A stretch of 64,000 nt of DNA, taken from the NCBI GenBank assembly GCA_964016885.1, contig OZ024751.1, positions 5,642,001 to 5,706,000 on the forward strand, written 5' to 3'. Below the pieces are notes generated by a model, which worked only from the letters and a program-made list of their open reading frames with translations, did no database searches and was not told where the DNA came from. Position 1 is the stretch's first letter. Each line of letters opens with the position of its first letter. Shown piece after piece: positions 56,652 through 64,000 of this stretch. The stretch is from Eledone cirrhosa. Its lineage: Eukaryota. Made by a program: the position numbers and the translations under genes.

Positions 56652-56962
56652 ATATAATATAAAACCAAAAATCAGTGATGCATCTGAACTCAATTTATTG
56701 TGTATTACAATTGTTTCGCCGGCAGACGGCTCGAGACACGATCATTGTATAGGTCGTCTGATTCTGGACCTGCAGATTCGTCGAACACTGGCAATATTTT
56801 CGGATCAAATTCTTTCACTGCCGGCGAAACAATTGTAACACACAATAAACTGAGTTCAGATGCATCACTGATTTTTCGTTTTATATTATATCACACTCTG
56901 CTCTGTAAGAACATAGAGTGCTCAACCAGCATATTGCCTATGGAAGCAACACAGCTACCATC
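56652..56962. mobile_element. pLTR-only asymmetric inverted repeat of the 30300 PLE family
   Basis: Arms ~56652-56724 and 56818-56890; tail 56890-56962 matches 30300-30368. Confidence 0.85.
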
Positions 56963-56981
56963 ACACACACACACACACACG

Positions 56982-57054
<73 letters not shown>

Positions 57055-57202
57055 ATACACACACACACACATACACACATACACACACACACATATATAT
57101 ATATATTATTTTATGTATGTTTATTTTGATATTTGATATACTATTATATCATCTCTACCACCCCTCATCCCTTAGGCCCATGCACTTCCCTTGACCTTCT
57201 CA

Positions 57203-57279
<77 letters not shown>

Positions 57280-57281
<2 letters not shown>

Positions 57282-57602
57282 TAGAAGGGGTATTTAATTT
57301 GTTGGAAGTCCAACAAATATAAATGTGTATAACTGATTTAGAGCACTCAACAGTTTACTATAGTAAATATTCAATGATATTAAATAAATGGAAACTATAT
57401 ATATAAAACCATATTTATTTTATCATATATATTTCAAGGGTACCAAGACACATTGAATTTCAACCGATAAGGTATGATTTTCATGGGTACGTCTCTATTT
57501 ATAAAACAAACTTTCTATTTTATCTGATGAAAGTGTACCAATGTGTCTTGGTACCCTTGAAATATATATAATAAAATAAATATGGTTTTATAAATATAGT
57601 TT
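57280..57602. mobile_element. Asymmetric inverted-repeat element with HHR
   Basis: Arms 57392-57456 and 57539-57602; ~110-nt left tail. Confidence 0.75.
57517..57577 (+). ncRNA. Type-I hammerhead ribozyme
   Basis: attttat-CTGATGA-aagtgtaccaatgtgtcttggtaccctt-GAAATATATATA-ataaaat; 7-bp stem I, ~10-bp stem II. Confidence 0.8.
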
Positions 57603-57658
57603 CTGTTTATCTAATATCATTGTATATATATATATATACGTATATATATATATATATA

Positions 57659-57775
<117 letters not shown>

Positions 57776-57892
57776 TATATAATATATATATACACATGAT
57801 ATACGTTGACATATGGTAGGTAATTCCGAAGGAATACAACAGAGCTATAGAACAGAGGTATTTAATTTGATAGTTAGTTACCTAATTATATA

Positions 57893-58168
57893 TAGAAGTG
57901 GTTACACAACAGTTAGTTCACCATACCGAGAACAATTGTTTCACCTTAGCGGATCCTCAGCTGGTAATGGACATGGTTATACGGAACAGGAAGGACAACC
58001 GGTTGTCCTTCCTGTTCCGTATAACCATGTCCAATACGAGCTGAGCATCCGCTAAGGTGAAACAATTGTTCTCGGTATGGTGAACTAACTGTTGTGTAAC
58101 CACTTCTACCTAACTCGTCCCATGGACTGAGTGCTCTACCACTACGGATATTACCTTCCAGTATTCTA
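57893..58168. mobile_element. Spacerless 216-bp palindrome of PLE pLTR (family of 3487-3660) plus 60-nt tail; HHRs at 57925-57965 (-) and 58037-58074 (+)
   Basis: Centre caacc|ggttg at 58000/58001; cores CTGAGGA and CTGAGCA, each followed by tccgctaaggt-GAAACAATTGTT. Confidence 0.9.
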
Positions 58169-58224
58169 TATATATATATATACATAAATACATATATACA
58201 TACATAGATTCATACATATATATA

Positions 58225-59835
58225 TGATGGCTGCCCCCTCATTATCGAGTATGTCCATTGCAAGAAAAAAAAGAAAGAACACACATATATATTAATAATT
58301 AACGATGCCTCGATCGAATATGACCTCTTAGCCCAGCCAATGATCTAAAATGTCTTGCACAGATTTGGAAACCATGATAAAAAACATTCACTAGCAATAG
58401 ACGGGTGTGGTTGGGCTTCATGTCGTTTGAGCCTTCCCGCTGATCTACACTCTTTTCCACATGATTGACAGGTATGATGAGCAGCATCTCCGACAACAGC
58501 CTGGTAGTCAATCACTGCTTTCACTTTATGAATGCGAAAGTGACTTTCGAGTCTAACTTTGCTGAGGTAGTCTCGCACAGATGCTGCATGTCTTCGCCAT
58601 AGGAAGACCTTTGCTGTCTGGAAATGTAACAGCAATACCTTTCCGGACATCCCTGTTTACTTTGTCGTATGCCATTCAAGATGTTTCAAAAGTATCAATC
58701 TCTGTGTTCATGTCATCAGGAAAAGACCTAACTCTGTCATCATAGAAAGACCTAACAAAAGCAAGGAACTTATCAGGGCAGCCAAGTTTCTGAAGAACCT
58801 TCCACAATGCATTTCTGTTAACAGTATCGAAAGTTTTTGTCAGGTCGACAAAACTGATACAGATCCAAACCTTGTTCCACGCCCTTCTCCTGAAGCTGAG
58901 ACTAGCTGAGAAGATCATATCAGTAGTGCCGCATCCAGCACAAAAACCAAATTGACCTTCAGGAAGAACACAATCTGCAATGTGTGAAAGCAGACGGTCC
59001 AGAAGAACCCTACATAAAAATCTTTTTTCCTACGACAGAAAGAATTGATATACCCTATAGTTTCCACAATCATTTCTGTTACCCTTTCCCTTGCACAAGA
59101 CTACCATTACTGCATCTCTCCAGTCCTCAGGTACAGATTCACTAAGCCATATCCTGCCAAACAAAGAGTGAAGATGTCGCAGCAGTTTCGCACCACCATA
59201 TTGCAAGAACGCTGTATGTATGCCATCCATACCTGGAGACCTTCCACTGTTCAGCTTCGAGACAGCTACTGCAACGTCCTCTAACGTCGGTGAAACTGCG
59301 AGAGCTACTTTCACAGGTTTTTCAGGGATTAGATTGAGGAAATCTTCATTGACGACAGACAACTGATTCAAAAGTTCATCAAAGTGCTCTCGCCACCTTA
59401 GCGGAATTTTCTGTGAGTCACGAAGAACTCCCCTGCCATCACTGCTGCGAAGCGGTGTCACTGGAGAAGAAGACGGTCCATAAACTTCATGCAAGAGACT
59501 GTACAACAATTTTGTGTTATTGGAATCTGACGCAGTTTGTATCTCATCAGCCTTCTCACTCCACCACTTATCCTTCATCTGAGAGAGCCTCCGCCTCACA
59601 CGTGATTTCACATCCTTGAGTACCTTATGCAACATATTCTTCTGCTGTGACTTCGCTGCCTAGTAAAGTGACAGAACACGCCCCTTATCAGCCAACATCA
59701 TTTTCATTAAACACTTGTACAACACGAATACCATTCTCTGACTATCCGCAACTAGAGCCCAGTGACATGCAGCAGCAAGATGACTAGGCGTTGCTTCAAC
59801 CGCAGATTTTAGGAAGCTTCCTTCTCACTTAGTGA
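58225..59835 (-). mobile_element. RTE-clade LINE remnant, internally deleted
   Basis: WWSEKADEIQ, RWREHFDELLN, GRSPGMDGI, VPEDWRDA, CGNYR, FVDLTKTFDTVNRNALW; C-terminal C2H2 fingers. Confidence 0.9.
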
Positions 59836-59848
59836 CACCCATACACAC

Positions 59849-59885
<37 letters not shown>

Positions 59886-60124
59886 CCACTCACATACTCA
59901 CTTAAACACACATGCATACAAACAAACACACTTACTAACACACAGATATATATATTATTGTCATTATTGTCGATAAAATAAAGTACCACTGGGATAATTT
60001 CTGGCCTTCTGCCAAATTAGAAACAATTACTAATATTATGGATGTGGCACTTGTTGTCTTTTGAAGGTTTGTTCGTTGACCGAGTGGCGGTGGTGGTGGC
60101 ATATATATATATATATATATATAC

Positions 60125-60716
60125 GTACATAGGTACATATATATATGTGCATATATATAGGTGTGCATGTATGTATATATATATATACATACTACTGGAC
60201 GTCAGTATACATGTATGTACGTGTACATACTTATATTTAAGTAACAGCCGTAATAAGAGTGGCAAATGAAATTTCGTTTCATTTTTTTTCCGTTTATCGT
60301 TTACGGTGTACCCGGCCGATTAACCCACTCGATATGCAAATTGGGCTACTCAGCCGTTAATATGCATAAGGTAAGTATAAACGTTCAACAATCTGGCAGG
60401 AAGGTATACGTTGCTGAAGATAGCTAATAAGCTTGAAACTAGTACAGCTTTCCTTTGTCAGTGTTGAACAAACGAGCACCGATGGTTGCTAGACACTACG
60501 GCTTAATACGGGATGTTTGTTTACAAACACACCGAGCATTATAATAAATGTTCGGTGAATCCATGCGTAAATATATATATGTGTGCATGTATGTATATAT
60601 ATATACATACTACTGTACGTCTGTATACATATATGTATGTACGTGTACATACTTATATTTAAGTAACAGCCGTACTAAGAGTGGGAAATGACATTTCGTT
60701 TCATTTTTTCCGTTTA
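60125..60716 (+). mobile_element. Retrozyme-like family A, copy 3; HHR 60410-60448
   Basis: ~1.4 units; gttg-CTGAAGA-tagctaataagctt-GAAACTAGTA-cagc. Confidence 0.75.
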
Positions 60717-60730
60717 TATATATATATATA

Positions 60731-61215
60731 TAAATGGAAAAGAATGAAATGAAATGAAATTTCTCACTCTTAGTACGGCTGATACTTAACTATAAGTATG
60801 TATACGTACAGACATATATGTATACAGACGTACAGTACTATGTATATATATACATACATGCACACATATATATATGTACGTATGGGTTTACCGAACATTT
60901 ATTATAATGTTCGGTTTGTTTGTAAACAAACAACGCGATTTAAGCCGTACAGTGTTCGGCAACCATCGTCGCCCTTTTGTTCAACACTGACAAAGGAACG
61001 ATGAACTAGTTTCAAGCTTATTAGCTATCGTCAGCATCGTATACCTTCCTGTCAGATGATTGAACGTATGAAAGTATACACTTTCCTTATACATATTAAC
61101 TTTATAATAAATGTTCGGTAAACCCATACGTACATATATATATGTGTGCATGTATGTATATATATGCATACTACTGTACGTCTGTATACATATATGTATG
61201 TACGTATACATACTT

Positions 61216-61218
<3 letters not shown>
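60731..61218 (-). mobile_element. Retrozyme-like family A, copy 4 (tail-to-tail with copy 3; inverted arm 61102-61218); HHR 60998-61040
   Basis: acgatg-CTGACGA-tagctaataagctt-GAAACTAGTT-catcgt. Confidence 0.75.
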
Positions 61219-61254
<36 letters not shown>

Positions 61255-61289
61255 TATGTATATATGTATGTACATATGCATGTATATAT

Positions 61290-61935
61290 ATCATCCGAGA
61301 GAGATGACCCCTTAGCCTTTGTCAAGGCAGAATTCTAGGAGAAGGAAAACTCTGATATAACACCTGCAGCCCTGATGGTTTCCAATGATGTTGACTTGTT
61401 CTTCTTTTTGCTAACTATATAAAAAAAAACAAAAAACGATCGACTTTCGTCAAATCGCACCAAGGGAACAATGTTTCCGTTGGTCTTTCCATTGCTAATA
61501 CTATCTATCGGTCGCAACTCCAGTAGAAGGAGCAACGTGAAATAAAGTGTCTTGCTCAAGGACATAACGCATCACCTGGTCCAGGAATCGAACTCACAAC
61601 CTTACGATTGCGAATCCAATTCTCTAACCACTCAGCCACACGCCTTCACTATCATCTTGGTTAATAGAGTGGACTGGCTTTGTGCAGTGCCTTTTCTCAC
61701 TATAAAAGCTTCACAGCACAGCATTGATTTATATCTGGAGATCTCTCTGCACTTGTCGTCACATGGTACCATGGGCCCAGCACTATGTGTCAATAATTGT
61801 CACAAGTGTAGTGTTTGTACCAGAGTTTTCAAGTCGCTGGCTGGACTAAAAAGTCACACTCGTTTAGCGCATCGCTAGAGGTTCTCCTACATGGATATAA
61901 AGTAGTGGCCGTACTCGAAAACGAGTTGGCAGCCA
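61290..61935 (+). mobile_element. RTE-derived non-autonomous element interrupted by a SINE (~61420-61648)
   Basis: Matches 1385-1795 in reverse; the insertion is flanked by an actat duplication. Confidence 0.7.
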
Positions 61936-61959
61936 CATATATATACATACATGCATATG

Positions 61960-61991
<32 letters not shown>

Positions 61992-62223
61992 CATACATGC
62001 ATATATATATATATATACATACATGCATATGTACATACATATATATATACATATATACATACATATATTTAAACATATATACATACATATATAGATACCT
62101 ACACACACGTACACACATATATACATACGTATGTACACATACATACATATATACACACACATACGCATACATATATACATACATTCAAACATTTAAACAT
62201 ACACAGACACATACATATATACT

Positions 62224-62423
62224 NNNNNNNNNNNNNNNNNNNNNNNNNNNNNNNNNNNNNNNNNNNNNNNNNNNNNNNNNNNNNNNNNNNNNNNNNNNNN
62301 NNNNNNNNNNNNNNNNNNNNNNNNNNNNNNNNNNNNNNNNNNNNNNNNNNNNNNNNNNNNNNNNNNNNNNNNNNNNNNNNNNNNNNNNNNNNNNNNNNNN
62401 NNNNNNNNNNNNNNNNNNNNNNN
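62224..62423. other. Assembly gap (200 N)
   Basis: Seen directly. Confidence 1.
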
Positions 62424-63125
62424 CATATACACATACACATACATACATATATACATATATATATACATATACATATATATACATACATATATATATACAT
62501 ACATACATATACATATACATACATATACACACATATATATACATACATATATATACACACACATACATATATACACATATATACATATACATACATACAT
62601 ACATACATATACATATACATACACACACATATACATATACATATACATACATATATATATATATACATATACATACATATATATATAACACATACATACA
62701 CATAACAACATATACATACATATACATACATATATACACATATACATACACACACATATACATATACATACACATATACATATACATACATATATACATA
62801 CATATATATATACATATACATACATACATATATACATACATATACATACATACATATATATATACATATACATACATATATACATACATATATATACATA
62901 TACATACATATATACATACATATATACACACATATACATACATACATATATATATACATATACATACATATATACATATATATACATACATATACATACA
63001 TATATACATACACACATATATACATATACATACATATATATATATATACATACATACATATATACATACACACATATATATACACATACACACATATACA
63101 CATATATATACATACATATATATAT

Positions 63126-63160
<35 letters not shown>

Positions 63161-63203
63161 TACATATACACATATATATATGCACATATACATATACATA
63201 TAT

Positions 63204-63234
<31 letters not shown>

Positions 63235-63389
63235 CATATATATATACATACATACATACACATATACATATATACATATATATATACACATATATATATA
63301 CACATATATATACATACATATATATATACATATACACATATATATACATATACACATATATATACATATACACATACATATATGCATAC

Positions 63390-63422
<33 letters not shown>

Positions 63423-64000
63423 TATATACATATACACATATATATATACATATATACACATACACATACACATATATATACACACATATATACATACACA
63501 TATATATACACATATACATATATATACATATACACACATATATATACATATATACATATATATACATATATATATACATATATATATACATATATATACA
63601 TATATATATACAGATATACATATATATATACATATATATACACACACATATACACACATATATACATACATATATACACACATACATACACATATACATA
63701 TATACATATATATATACATATATACATATATATATACATACATATATACATATATACATATATATATACACACATATATACATATATACATATATATACA
63801 TATACATATACACACATACATATATATATACATATATACATATATATATATACATATATATATATACATATATACATATACATATATATATATATACATA
63901 TATACATATATATATATATACATATATACATATATACATATATATACATATACATATATACATATACATACATATATACATATACACACATATATATACA
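62424..64000. repeat. Compound (CATA/TA/CA)n microsatellite
   Basis: Seen directly. Confidence 0.98.

Noticed and set aside
62099-63991. ~600-aa ORFs and all YI/CV/HT-rich ORFs in the window
   Set aside because: Microsatellite translations; these also run across an N gap.

Overview
Repeat-dense, AT-rich eukaryotic DNA. The very dense (TA)n/(CA)n microsatellites and the SINE, R4, RTE and Penelope content suggest an octopod cephalopod; this is inference. No intact host protein-coding gene is supported, and nearly all long ORFs in the track are microsatellite or minisatellite artefacts. Recognisable content: decayed Penelope-like elements (PLEs; RT and GIY-YIG remnants of Nematis-like and Naiad-like type), a near full-length but frameshifted R4/Dong-clade LINE plus two 3' fragments in (AAT)n, RTE-clade remnants, tRNA-derived SINEs, mariner- and hAT-like MITEs, a 3.3-kb 30-bp minisatellite and a 200-N gap. 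The main hidden signal is RNA-level: about 20 type-I hammerhead ribozyme (HHR) motifs from many unrelated families, most with a palindromic (dimer-type) stem III and several with a large branched stem II. They sit in small elements inserted in (TA)n as asymmetric inverted repeats. Two non-coding families have ~430-bp tandem units with one HHR per unit and share an octamer-containing motif upstream of the HHR, so they look like retrozyme/circRNA-type parasites of PLEs. There is also a TSD-flanked U6-SINE chimera. All alignments and folds were done by eye, and boundaries are approximate.
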